From the NCBI GenBank assembly GCA_964016885.1, contig OZ024742.1, positions 60,884,001-60,948,000 on the forward strand: a stretch of 64,000 nt of DNA. Reading direction: 5' to 3'. Below are positions 38,337 to 49,511 of this stretch, piece by piece. Position numbers and translations under genes: made by a program. Positions within the stretch are counted from its first letter, which is position 1. Each line of letters begins with the position of its first letter. The notes beneath the pieces are model-generated. The model saw only the letters and a list, made by a program, of their open reading frames with translations. It searched no databases and was not told the DNA's origin. Source of the stretch: Eledone cirrhosa. Its lineage: Eukaryota.

Positions 38337-40427
38337 ATGGCTACCAAAAAGAAATTTCATACGTCACTCCCACTCATTCCGTCTTCTTCTTCCTCAATCA
38401 TCACTACAGCAGAGAGAAGATTGTCTCTCTCCCTCCCTTCTTTAAATGTGTCTCTCTCCCTCCCTTCTCTTTCGCAAGCGACGAAAGAAAAGAAAAGTCT
38501 CGTGCAAAGCGTGCAAGGTTTCTCCACGACGACGACGACAGCGACGAAACAGGTGTGCGGGAAATACGAAAACCCAGTTCATTCGTCTGACGTCAGGAAT
38601 AATAGCAGTAGCAGCCGTAATAACAACAGCAACAGTGACAATGAAAACAACAGTAGCAGCCGCAACAGCATCACCAGCAGCATAAACAACAACAGCATTA
38701 GCAGCAGCAACACCAACAACAACCACAGCAACAGCGGCGGAGGCAGTAGTCGTAGTACCTGCAGCAACAACAAAAGTACCAGCAGCTCTGACGACAACAA
38801 CAACAGCAGAGAAAAACCAATCTCATTTGCAGGTATTGCGAAAAACCTGGAAACAATCCTCATAACAAATGAGGAATTAGAGGAAGCGAAGAAGATGGTG
38901 ACAAAGAACGGACACCGAGCAATCTGCAAGGCAGCGAAAAATTTTTTCGAAACCCAAGAGCACTGTACGGTCACGTACCGTACAGTAAGTACAAAATCCC
39001 GTAGGGTGGAAAGAGCCACAGAGGCCCAAATACAAAAAGCCTTGGGGTCTGTGTGGCAGAGGAAAACGCACATCACCCGAGGCAAAAAATACGCCACCGT
39101 AGACGTACTTTTTGCCACACCCCAGGAGGCAAAGGCCCAATCAGTAGTGACCCTAAGGAGCGAGGAAATGGTGTTGGTGCCCTCCTACTGCGGGCAAAAA
39201 ATTGTGAGGGTCAAACTGACCCACGTCCCCCCCGGAATGACCCCTTCTTGGCTGGCCGCGTCTGTCCTCGTCGGAATCGAGGACAAAACAACTGTACTGC
39301 AAGTACAGAAAAAAGTAAGAGAAGATTGGGTCGGCTCCTCCATTGAGATGCTAATCCAAACCAACCAGGAGTGCATCGAAGCTATCCCGGATGTGATAGA
39401 CTTCGATAACGGCACTCAACTGCCCATAAGTGTTGAGGGCAAACGCCCGAAATGCTTTCGCTGTGGATCGAAGACTCACCTCAGGGCCTTCTGCAACGAG
39501 AAGACCCTGAGAAAGGAGAAAACCCCCCTCCTCCCGAATCCGGTTCCACGGCTACCAGCAACAGGACAAGCGGCAACCAGGAACGATAGGTCCGTGGCAC
39601 CCATACCCACTCCACGGAAATCAAAGACAGCAGCAGCAGTGGAAATATTAACAACAACAACAGCAATACCAAATGCAGCTGCAACAGAGACTCCAGTGCA
39701 AACATCACCAACAACAACAAGTGAAAGAGTGGAGCTGGTACCCCTCCCCGACCTTACAGAATCAGACATGGAGTGTGAGGTGGGAGAGGGATGGCAAAAG
39801 GTCTCAAGAAGGCACAAACGCAGAAGCAGCGCATCGTCGCCTTTGAAAAGGGAGGAAAGAAATGAGAAAAGGGTAAAGTCTACTGCAAAGAGACCCACAG
39901 CAGCAACACCACCAACACCATCACCACCCACACCAGCACCACCATCACCACCGGCGACAACCCCACCGCCAACAACACCTTCAACACCACAAGCACCAAC
40001 ATCGCAAACACAACAACAAAACACACACACCCAGCAACAACGACAAGAAAATAGCAGAACCACACCCCACCCCCAGAAAAACAAATGCACGGCAATAAAT
40101 ACACACAACAAGAAACTAATGACTTACATAATTGAACACACAGACATTTCACAACAGGACTACATAATACCAGCACCAATCAAAACGCCAACTAACATAA
40201 GACTGCTAAAAATAGCACAGAAACAATACACAAACATTAAAACGAAATTCCCCAACGCAGTTGGTGATTTCAGGGACCTAGGAGGAACCATCAATCGAAG
40301 AGTATACTCAGACATTCTCTTAGAAGAGCCGACGACCAGCCGAAGGGACGATTCAACGGTCCCTTCACCAGACGATCAAGTGAAAAGGGATGTAAAAACC
40401 ATCCCTCCTCTACCAAAAGTACGGTAA
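38337..40427 (+). CDS. LINE ORF1 protein (N/S-rich N-terminus, CCHC zinc knuckle, P/T-rich region)
   Basis: Open frame with first ATG at 38337; CFRCGSKTHLRAFC knuckle; lies directly upstream of ORF2. Confidence 0.88.
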   Translation: MATKKKFHTSLPLIPSSSSSIITTAERRLSLSLPSLNVSLSLPSLSQATKEKKSLVQSVQGFSTTTTTATKQVCGKYENPVHSSDVRNNSSSSRNNNSNSDNENNSSSRNSITSSINNNSISSSNTNNNHSNSGGGSSRSTCSNNKSTSSSDDNNNSREKPISFAGIAKNLETILITNEELEEAKKMVTKNGHRAICKAAKNFFETQEHCTVTYRTVSTKSRRVERATEAQIQKALGSVWQRKTHITRGKKYATVDVLFATPQEAKAQSVVTLRSEEMVLVPSYCGQKIVRVKLTHVPPGMTPSWLAASVLVGIEDKTTVLQVQKKVREDWVGSSIEMLIQTNQECIEAIPDVIDFDNGTQLPISVEGKRPKCFRCGSKTHLRAFCNEKTLRKEKTPLLPNPVPRLPATGQAATRNDRSVAPIPTPRKSKTAAAVEILTTTTAIPNAAATETPVQTSPTTTSERVELVPLPDLTESDMECEVGEGWQKVSRRHKRRSSASSPLKREERNEKRVKSTAKRPTAATPPTPSPPTPAPPSPPATTPPPTTPSTPQAPTSQTQQQNTHTQQQRQENSRTTPHPQKNKCTAINTHNKKLMTYIIEHTDISQQDYIIPAPIKTPTNIRLLKIAQKQYTNIKTKFPNAVGDFRDLGGTINRRVYSDILLEEPTTSRRDDSTVPSPDDQVKRDVKTIPPLPKVR

Positions 40428-40462
40428 GTGGTCTTTCCCATCTTTTCCACTCTATTTTAAAC

Positions 40463-43400
40463 ATGACCTCACTCAGAATAGGCAGCATAAATGCGCGTGG
40501 CTTGGGGTCGTCATGGAAGCAGGGTCACCTGCTCAACGACCTCAGGTCACTAAACATAGATGTAGTGGCCATCAGCGAGACCAGAATCTCCGAAGCACGG
40601 GCCTTCGTACCGATCTTCGGCGGCTACGATGTGTACGCATCTCCCAGCCGTCCTGGATCGGGTGGAGGAGTTGCTGTGCTTTTTCGGAGAGGTTTGGATC
40701 TCGCCATACGGGCCATCTTCCTGGACCCAGAGGGTAAGCTGGTGGTGCTGGACGTGACCAGCGGAGACGGGCAAGCTTTCAGGCTAGTGGCCGTCTATGC
40801 CCCGACAGGAGCAGGGCGGCCTGATTTCTTCCGGCGTCTGGAGACCTTTCTTGGAACGTCCCGCTCTTTAGTGTTAGTGGGCGACTGGAACGGGATCTTA
40901 GATGCACGCTGGGACTGTGTGGGATTAGCGGATAGGGGTGGAGGGTGCAAGAGCCTCACCAACCTGCTCAGGCGTTTTGAACTGTCTGACAGGTACCGAT
41001 TGGATTTCCCGAATGTGCCAATGTGGACTTGGACAAACCGCATAGGGTCATCCAGATCATATCTAGATAGAGTATTTTGTAGGGAAATAGATAGGTCTAG
41101 CATAGGCTGTCCACAATTCAAGATAGTCAGCTACACGGACCACAAATTTGTGATCTGTGTGCTTGACTTAGATAGGCTTCATAGACGAGGACCCGGCTAC
41201 TGGAAGCTAAACGCGTCCTTACCAGCGCGCAAGGCCTACAGAGACCGGATTAGCGAACTAGTTAAGCGGGCGTTGACGGGGGCCATCGTCAACAACAAGT
41301 GGTGGTTTGCTCTGAAAAGAGCGATTAGAATAGAATCGATTAGGTTTAGTAAGGCTTTAGCAATAGAGAAAAATAGAGCAGAGGGAGAACTAGTTAGAAA
41401 ATTAGACGAGGCGCTTAGCAAAGGCATTGCGACCGACGTGCTTGCGGCGAAATTGGCCCTTGACCAATTCTTCAATGCAAAGCACGAAGGCTGCGTTGTC
41501 AGAGCTAAGGTGCGTGCTCTCAGACACGAGGGGACGAAAGCCGTTCAATGGGCCCGAGTGGCGGAGGCGCGTCGTGGCAACAAAGCCACGATCCGGTCTT
41601 TGGTGGACCACGACGGGCGCATGCTACTCGATCCCGGGCAAATGTGTGAAGCTTTTCAGCAACTCTTCGCTCAGCTGTTCGGGGGCAGCGGGGGGCCGGG
41701 TAGAGGGATGGACTTTAGTGTCTACCTCGACGGACTGCCGCGGCTCTCGGCCACTGAGGCGAAGTGTTGCGAAAAGCCGATAACAGCCGCTGAAGTAAGG
41801 GAGGCAATGACTGGCTGCACAAGGGGTAAATCGCCTGGTTTGGATGGTCTGCCCTATGAACTTTACGTACAGATGCCAGACTTGTTCGGAGGCCTCTTGG
41901 CGGACGTCTACTGCAACTGGCAACAGAACGGGAGAATTCCCAGTTCTGTGAGCCGAGGAGCGGTGGCACTGCTGAGAAAGGATCCGAACAAGGGGGATAA
42001 CATAGACAATTTCCGGCCCATAACTCTGCTAAACACAGAGTTTAAGATTTTGGCCAAGGTGCTAGCAAAGAGGTTGGCGCTTGTCGTTGGTGGTCTGGTG
42101 GGAGAGGCGCAGACATGCGCCATTCCCGACAGATCCATCCACGACAACCTCCACCTCATGCGATACATCGTAGAGAGGGTAGCTAGGGAACCTGGCACGG
42201 GTGGGTCCTTGATCAATTTAGATCAGTCGAAAGCTTTCGATAGGGTCGACCATCGTTACCTAGCGGCAGTCCTGAGGGCGGCTGGCTTTGGGCCCGTCTT
42301 CAGAGGCTGGATCGCTGCCATGCACAGCGACATCTGCTCTGTGGTGAGAGTGAACGGTCACCTGTCGGAACCGTTCAACATCATGCGCTCGGTCCGCCAA
42401 GGATGTCCCCTCTCGTCCCTCTTGTACGTATTGACTCTCGAGCCATTACTGCACAAACTGGAGACGTTGAGGGGAGTCCCGCGCGAACTAGGATGCGGAA
42501 GATCCGTGTCAGCATATGCGGACGATGTCACCGTAGTGGTGTCGAACGCCAAACACATCGAGGCGATCGGCACTACACTAAGAGAATACGAAGCGGTGAC
42601 AGGAGCAATGATCAACCAGGAAAAGTCAGTGGGCCTGCAGCTCGGCACCTGGAGAGGCAGGTCCATGCCGTCCAACAGCGTCGTCGGGCGCTGGACGGAC
42701 GGACCGGTTAAATTGCTAGGGGTCTGGTTCGGTCCGGACCTCCAGACGGACAAAAACTGGGACGAGGTGACGAGCAGGGTGGCTTCTCTCACCCAGAAAT
42801 GGGCGGAGAGGAAGCTATCCCTGAAAGGTCGAGCGGAGGTGGCTAACGCGTACATCGCGTCTGTCATCTGCTACCGCCTAACCGTCGTACCTTGTCCTAA
42901 GCCTCGCCTGACTGCGCTGGAGCGTTTGCTCTTTCGCTTTTTGTGGAAGGGACGTGCTCCGATGGTCAGGCGGTCCATCTGTTGTCAACACCCGCTACGT
43001 GGAGGGCTGGGCATGCCGTGGCTGATGATGCGCAGGCACGCGCTCAGGCTACGACATCTCCACCTCTTCCTCGACGGTGATCAGGTGTGGTCGCCGTTTG
43101 CTAGACGCGTTTTTCCCCAGCTCGTTTCCTTGACGGAGCTGCAGTCCTGGGTAAAGCGAAGACCGAGAGGGAGCGCCTGGAGACTGGAATGTCTTCAGGC
43201 GCTCACAGCCCTCGACCAATCGGGCAATGTGATCGGTGGAAACTCCACCTCGGCGTTCTATAGAGGATTAGTGGAGGGGAAGAGCGACGACGTACTTGGG
43301 GAAACTCTAGGCGTCGACGAAAATCAACTAGCCAATCTCTTCGGAAGAACTTTCGGGCCAGGGCCTATGGACAACTTCCAGAAATCTCTGGCCTGGCAGT

Positions 43401-43882
43401 GCTACCGAGGAGCCTTGCCAGTTCGGGATAAACTCTACAGGCATGGAGGTGCCGTCAGCCGGGCATGTCCGAGATGCGCGCAGGGCGACGAAACCGTCCT
43501 GCACGCACTCGTCCAGTGTCCGAAAATTGCTGACTTGTGGGTTTATGTCGAACACCTGCTGTCGCGTTTAGGACGGATCCAGCTATCATCTGAGTCTATC
43601 GTGAGGATTGCCCCGCCCTCCTCCTTTAGCCGGGAAGGGCAGGCAGTTTTTATCTGTCTGGTGGCCATGGCGAAAGAGATAGTATGGTGGACACGTTTGA
43701 AAGGGCTGAAGACGAGCACTTACCTCTTCGGTGATGCTCTGATTGACTTTTTCAAATTTCATTTGAAAAGGAAAATCAGAGTAGAGAAGGAAGTGCTCTC
43801 TTCCCAGCATTTTGTTGAAAGATGGGTGAGAGAAGCAAGAATGGCCCGAGTGAATGGGCCGACTCTGAGTATATATCTGTAA
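40463..43882 (+). CDS. LINE ORF2 protein, 1139 aa (APE endonuclease + reverse transcriptase + C-terminal zinc motif)
   Basis: GSINARGL, ISET, GDWN, YLDR, TDH, GYWKLN; SPGLDG, FRPITLLN, LDQSKAFDRVDH, RQGCPLS, YADD; CPRC...ETVLHALVQC. Confidence 0.97.
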   Translation: MTSLRIGSINARGLGSSWKQGHLLNDLRSLNIDVVAISETRISEARAFVPIFGGYDVYASPSRPGSGGGVAVLFRRGLDLAIRAIFLDPEGKLVVLDVTSGDGQAFRLVAVYAPTGAGRPDFFRRLETFLGTSRSLVLVGDWNGILDARWDCVGLADRGGGCKSLTNLLRRFELSDRYRLDFPNVPMWTWTNRIGSSRSYLDRVFCREIDRSSIGCPQFKIVSYTDHKFVICVLDLDRLHRRGPGYWKLNASLPARKAYRDRISELVKRALTGAIVNNKWWFALKRAIRIESIRFSKALAIEKNRAEGELVRKLDEALSKGIATDVLAAKLALDQFFNAKHEGCVVRAKVRALRHEGTKAVQWARVAEARRGNKATIRSLVDHDGRMLLDPGQMCEAFQQLFAQLFGGSGGPGRGMDFSVYLDGLPRLSATEAKCCEKPITAAEVREAMTGCTRGKSPGLDGLPYELYVQMPDLFGGLLADVYCNWQQNGRIPSSVSRGAVALLRKDPNKGDNIDNFRPITLLNTEFKILAKVLAKRLALVVGGLVGEAQTCAIPDRSIHDNLHLMRYIVERVAREPGTGGSLINLDQSKAFDRVDHRYLAAVLRAAGFGPVFRGWIAAMHSDICSVVRVNGHLSEPFNIMRSVRQGCPLSSLLYVLTLEPLLHKLETLRGVPRELGCGRSVSAYADDVTVVVSNAKHIEAIGTTLREYEAVTGAMINQEKSVGLQLGTWRGRSMPSNSVVGRWTDGPVKLLGVWFGPDLQTDKNWDEVTSRVASLTQKWAERKLSLKGRAEVANAYIASVICYRLTVVPCPKPRLTALERLLFRFLWKGRAPMVRRSICCQHPLRGGLGMPWLMMRRHALRLRHLHLFLDGDQVWSPFARRVFPQLVSLTELQSWVKRRPRGSAWRLECLQALTALDQSGNVIGGNSTSAFYRGLVEGKSDDVLGETLGVDENQLANLFGRTFGPGPMDNFQKSLAWQCYRGALPVRDKLYRHGGAVSRACPRCAQGDETVLHALVQCPKIADLWVYVEHLLSRLGRIQLSSESIVRIAPPSSFSREGQAVFICLVAMAKEIVWWTRLKGLKTSTYLFGDALIDFFKFHLKRKIRVEKEVLSSQHFVERWVREARMARVNGPTLSIYL

Positions 43883-44142
43883 ACTAAAGGTGGAAAACTG
43901 GGAGAGGGCACTTGCCTTGGTGGTCAGGGTCATTGTGGCTTTTTACTGGGCTTTCTCCACAAATGTCCCTCCGAAGTCTCCCCCCTATTGGGGAATTTTT
44001 CATTGTTATTTTCATTGTTATTTTTGTTACATCCTCTGTTTTTGTTTTTTTACACGCAGAAATGCCCATTTGTACCGTCCTGCATTGTCCTGCACTGTCC
44101 TTAATGTCTACTTTATGTAAACCCTTGTGGTTAATAAAGAAA

Positions 44143-44201
<59 letters not shown>

Positions 44202-44209
44202 GTTGTTAT

Positions 44210-44437
44210 TCCTTGAATCTCAGTCATTGATGTTGGTTAACTGGAAAGTCCGTTGGATTGAATATCAAGCCACTACCTGCAGCCTCAGATATTCAGGACG
44301 TATCGGAGGGTTCTTGCTGTTCCAAGCAAGCATGCCTTTTGAAGCGTTCCAAAAAGCGTGACTGGGCCGATTTTCTTTAACCATCCCTGGAAACTTTTGG
44401 AGATAGTCCCCAGTGCGCCTGTGACAATCGGGATCAC

Positions 44438-44440
<3 letters not shown>
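44210..44440 (-). mobile_element. Dong-like family 2, short 3' fragment
   Basis: VIPIVTGALG...LQKACLLGTARTLRYVL plus 3' UTR, between (ATT)n tracts. Confidence 0.85.
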
Positions 44441-44474
<34 letters not shown>

Positions 44475-44494
44475 ATTATTATTATTATTATTAT

Positions 44495-45815
44495 TGTTCT
44501 TTGAGTCTCATTCATTGACGTTAGTTAACTGGAAAGTTTATTGAAATGAATATCAAGCCACTACCTGCAGCCTCAGATATTCAGGACGTATCGGAGGGTT
44601 CTTGCTGTTCCCAGCAAGCATGCCTTTTGAAGCGTTCCAAAAAGCGTGGAGGGGCCAATTTTCTTTAACCATCCCTGGAAACTTTTTGAGATAGTACCTA
44701 GTGCGCCTATGACAATCGGGACCACTTTGACTTCATGGCAGTTCCAAATCCTTTTTACCTCCCACTTTAAGTCCTGGTATCGGTTAATTTTCTCCCTCTT
44801 CTTCTCTTGCACTCTCGTGTCGAATGGGCAGGCCACATCCACAATCGAGGCACGATATTTTTCCTTTGTCCAAAACCACCAGGTCGGGTCTATTGTGTTC
44901 CAGTTTCTTGTCCGTCTGTATCCTAAAATCCCACAGCACCTTCAACTGATCGTTTTCTATCACCGACTCTGGCTTATGCTCATACCACTTCTCAGAATGT
45001 GGTTAATTGTTTACTTTGCATAGGTGCTAGTGGATCACCCTGCCTATCACATCATGTCTCCAGCCCTTATAGTGAGCCTGGAATAGGTGTTTACACTCGG
45101 ATACAATGTGAGCCACAGTCTCCTCTCTCTCTCCACAGATTCTGCACAGTGGGCTAGCCTCCTCCTTGTAAATATTGTGTTTCAACCACTTCGTTTTGAG
45201 GGCCTGCTCTTGCGCAGCCATTAATATTCCTTCTGTAGCCTTTTTAAGGTCTCCTCTTTTCAACCAGTTCCATGTCTGTGGATCTCTGAATTCAGTTTTC
45301 TCAAAGAAGGTACTATGAAGGGATTTTTCCTGAAGGCTGCTCTTTCTCCTTGTTGTTATTTCCAACTTGGACATCCCCTGGTCTATTGTCCTCTCCTTCA
45401 GTACAGTTCTGAGCATTGGCTCCTTACTATCAGTCACGTATTTGTGTAGGTTGTTTTTCTCCATCTGAACACAGTCCTCTATGCTGATAAGACCTCTTCC
45501 ACCTTCAGATCTCCTTTAGTAGAGTCTATCGACATCACTCCTCTTGTGGAACATGTTGTAGATAGTCAATAGCTTCCTAGTCTTCGTATCCATTTCTTTT
45601 TGTTCAGCAACATTCCTTCTCAGAATTCCCGCACTGTACCTAATAATAGACACAGCTCGGGGATTTACTGCACTTATGGCATTCCTACTGTTCAGATGTG
45701 ACTTTAATACGCTCCTTACTCTCCGAATGTATTCAGATCTTATCAATTCCTTCATTTTTTTGTTCTTGATGTCATCAGCCTCCAGAACACCCAAATACTT
45801 GTATCCTTCTTCATT
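44495..45815 (-). mobile_element. Dong-like family 2, 5'-truncated copy
   Basis: KYLGVLE, DVDRLY, TEGILMAAQEQAL, CRIC...ETVAHIVSEC, RHD and DVACP...KREKINRY (REL endonuclease); (ATT)n at both ends. Confidence 0.9.
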
Positions 45816-45817
45816 AC

Positions 45818-45848
<31 letters not shown>

Positions 45849-45849
45849 A

Positions 45850-46155
45850 TTGGCAGTATCGGTAAATCATCGTAAACTTGCTCTCTAACAGAGAGTTCCG
45901 GCCCTTTATGATCTGAGTTCAAATCCCGCCGAGGTTGACTTTACCTTTCATCCTTACGGGGTTGATAAAATAAAGTATCAGTCACGCACTGGGGTCTATT
46001 TGATCGACTTTCCTCTTTCCCAAAATTTCTGGCCTTGTGCCTATATAAGAAACCATCGAGGTTAACTTTACCTTTCATCCTCATGGTGTCGATAACATAA
46101 AGTACCAGTAATGCACTGGGGTAATTGCTGGCCTTGTGCCCAAAGTAGAAACAAT
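45850..46155 (+). mobile_element. SINE family 1 with duplicated 3' half
   Basis: TGGCAGTATCGG...GAGTTCAAATCC; the 3' module CGAGGTT.ACTTTACCTTTCATCC...CCTTGTGCC occurs twice. Confidence 0.8.
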
Positions 46156-46742
46156 TATTATTATTAATTTGGAGACTATACTCCGCAGAATAAACTTCTT
46201 GACAAGAATTCCACCTGAACTGTATTGTGTGATATTTGTTGCTGCATAGGGAGATGGCATTACCGTCATAGTTACAGATGCCGAGGCACACTGCACAATA
46301 CTGGAAGTATAACAGCAGCTTACGAGAGTTTACATCAAACACCAACGGTGTTTTCTGCTGCTAGACCTACGGCCCAGTTAAAGATATAATAAATTAACTG
46401 TTAAAACATAAGGATTGAAACCAAAAGGTTGTCAATGGTAAGAACGTTATAACAAATATAAAAAGGCAGAGAGAAATGTTGGTATATTGAAACAATAGTA
46501 AATAATATTGAATAAACATTATATACCCCCTCTCTCTCTCCCCCCTCTCTCGCCCCCTTTATCTCTCTCTCTATATATAGGTAGAGAGAGGAGCGTATTC
46601 GCGTAAGGTATCCATCTATCTATTATATATATATATATGAATAAAGTTAATATGTCTAAAGGTACTAGGTACCCCCAGAAATACATAGGCTGTCTATGAT
46701 TCAAGGTGGTTCTATGGTAATAATTTGATATACCAGAACTTA

Positions 46743-47210
46743 ATATCAAGATAAGCAGAACAAGTAAAATTCAACCAATTTTTCAAAATAAATCAAACTT
46801 AATTTAAAATTAAAATTAATCAAAATTAAAAAAATATAATATAAATATTTACCTATTCAGATGGCCCTTACTATATAGTTTCACTTTGCAAAACATTAGA
46901 TATCCTATGGATATTAATGGAAAAACAAAGATCATCAGAGAAGCATTTTCCTTTCCTAGGGTTAAAAAACTCCAGGAACGATAAAATATATGACCTCTTC
47001 GCCAGCTAACACAGGCCTGAAAGGTCGTAAAAGTGACCCGTATCCATAGGATATCTAATGTTTTACAAAGTGAAACTGTACAGTAAGGGCCATCTGAATG
47101 GGTAAATATTTATATAATATTTTTTAATTTTGATTAATTTTAATTTTAAATTAATTTTCATTTATTTTGAAAAATTGGTTGAATTTTACTTGTTCTGCTT
47201 ATCTTGATAT
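46743..47210. repeat. Inverted repeat with ~170-bp arms and a degenerate HHR in each arm
   Basis: 46743-46913 versus 47041-47210. CTAATG...GAAAC-TGTACA-GTA at 47055-47085; ends in (TA)n. Confidence 0.88.
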
Positions 47211-47236
47211 ATATATATATATATATATATATAAGT

Positions 47237-47238
<2 letters not shown>

Positions 47239-47307
<69 letters not shown>

Positions 47308-49415
47308 TTTCTTTATTAACCACAAGGGTTTACATAAAGTAGACATTAAGGACAGTGCAGGACAATGCAGGACGGTACAAATGGGCATTTCTGCGTGTAA
47401 AAAAAACAAAAATAGAGGATGTAACAAAAATAACAATGAAAATAACAATGAAAAATTCCCCAATAGGGGGGAGACTTCGGAGGGACATTTGTGGAGAAAG
47501 CCCAGTAAAAAGCCACAATGACCCTGACCACCAAGGCAAGTGCCCTCTCCCAGTTTTCCACCTTTAGTTTACAGATATATACTCAGAGTCGGCCCATTCA
47601 CTCGGGCCATTCTTGCTTCTCTCACCCATCTTTCAACAAAATGCTGGGAAGAGAGCACTTCCTTCTCTACTCTGATTTTCCTTTTCAAATGAAATTTGAA
47701 AAAGTCAATCAGAGCATCACCGAAGAGGTAAGTGCTCGTCTTCAGCCCTTTCAAACGTGTCCACCATACTATCTCTTTCGCCATGGCCACCAGACAGATA
47801 AAAACTGCCTGCCCTTCCCGGCTAAAGGAGGAGGGCGGGGCAATCCTCACGATAGACTCAGATGATAGCTGGATCCGTCCTAAACGCGACAGCAGGTGTT
47901 CGACATAAACCCACAAGTCAGCAATTTTCGGACACTGGACGAGTGCGTGCAGGACGGTTTCGTCGCCCTGCGCGCATCTCGGACATGCCCGGCTGACGGC
48001 ACCTCCATGCCTGTAGAGTTTATCCCGAACTGGCAAGGCTCCTCGGTAGCACTGCCAGGCCAGAGATTTCTGGAAGTTGTCCATAGGCCCCGGCCCGAAG
48101 GTTCTTCCGAAGAGATTGGCTAGTTGATTTTCGTCGACGCCTAGAGTTTCCCCAAGTACGTCGTCGCTCTTCCCCTCCACTAATCCTCTATAGAACGCCG
48201 AGGTGGAGTTTCCACCGATCACATTGCCCGATTGGTCGAGGGCTGTGAGCGCCTGAAGACATTCCAGTCTCCAGGCGCTCCCTCTCGGTCTTCGCTTGAC
48301 CCAGGACTGCAGCTCCGTCAAGGAAACGAGCTGGGGAAAAACGCGTCTAGCAAACGGCGACCACACCTGATCACCGTCGAGGAAGAGGTGGAGATGTCGT
48401 AGCCTGAGCGCGTGCCTGCGCATCATCAGCCACGGCATGCCCAGCCCTCCACGTAGCGGGTGTTGACAACAGATGGACCGCCTGACCATCGGAGCACGTC
48501 CCTTCCACAAAAAGCGAAAGAGCAAACGCTCCAGCGCAGTCAGGCGAGGCTTAGGACAAGGTACGACGGTTAGGCGGTAGCAGATGACAGACGCGATGTA
48601 CGCGTTAGCCACCTCCGCTCGACCTTTCAGGGATAGCTTCCTCTCCGCCCATTTCTGGGTGAGAGAAGCCACCCTGCTCGTCACCTCGTCCCAGTTTTTG
48701 TCCGTCTGGAGGTCCGGACCGAACCAGACCCCTAGCAATTTAACCGGTCCGTCCGTCCAGCGCCCGACGACGCTGTTGGACGGCATGGACCTGCCTCTCC
48801 AGGTGCCGAGCTGCAGGCCCACTGACTTTTCCTGGTTGATCATTGCTCCTGTCACCGCTTCGTATTCTCTTAGTGTAGTGCCGATCGCCTCGATGTGTTT
48901 GGCGTTCGACACCACTACGGTGACATCGTCCGCATATGCTGACACGGATCTTCCGCATCCTAGTTCGCGCGGGACTCCCCTCAACGTCTCCAGTTTGTGC
49001 AGTAATGGCTCGAGAGTCAATACGTACAAGAGGGACGAGAGGGGACATCCTTGGCGGACCGAGCGCATGATGTTGAACGGTTCCGACAGGTGACCGTTCA
49101 CTCTCACCACAGAGCAGATGTCGCTGTGCATGGCAGCGATCCAGCCTCTGAAGACGGGCCCAAAGCCAGCCGCCCTCAGGACTGCCGCTAGGTAACGATG
49201 GTCGACCCTATCGAAAGCTTTCGACTGATCTAAATTGATCAAGGACCCACCCGTGCCAGGTTCCCTAGCTACCCTCTCTACGATGTATCGCATGAGGTGG
49301 AGGTTGTCGTGGATGGATCTGTCGGGAATGGCGCATGTCTGCGCCTCTCCCACCAGACCACCAACGACAAGCGCCAACCTCTTTGCTAGCACCTTGGCCA
49401 AAATCTTAAACTCTG
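47239..49415 (-). mobile_element. Tx1/L1-like LINE copy C, 5'-truncated, nearly identical to copy B
   Basis: Protein is identical to ORF2 from EFKILAK to the stop; same 3' UTR; (TAA)n on both sides. Confidence 0.95.
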
Positions 49416-49486
<71 letters not shown>

Positions 49487-49511
49487 AAGAAGAAGAAGAA
49501 GAAGAAGAAGA

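Larger units (their letters stand above)
38124..44201 (+). mobile_element. Intact full-length Tx1/L1-like LINE, copy B
   Basis: 5' UTR, two open ORFs, 3' UTR with AATAAA (44133-44138) and (ATT)n tail; inserted in (ATT)n. Confidence 0.95.

Noticed and set aside
39476-40111. Long antisense ORFs within the LINE ORF1 regions
   Set aside because: They are shadows of low-complexity, A/C-rich sense coding sequence.
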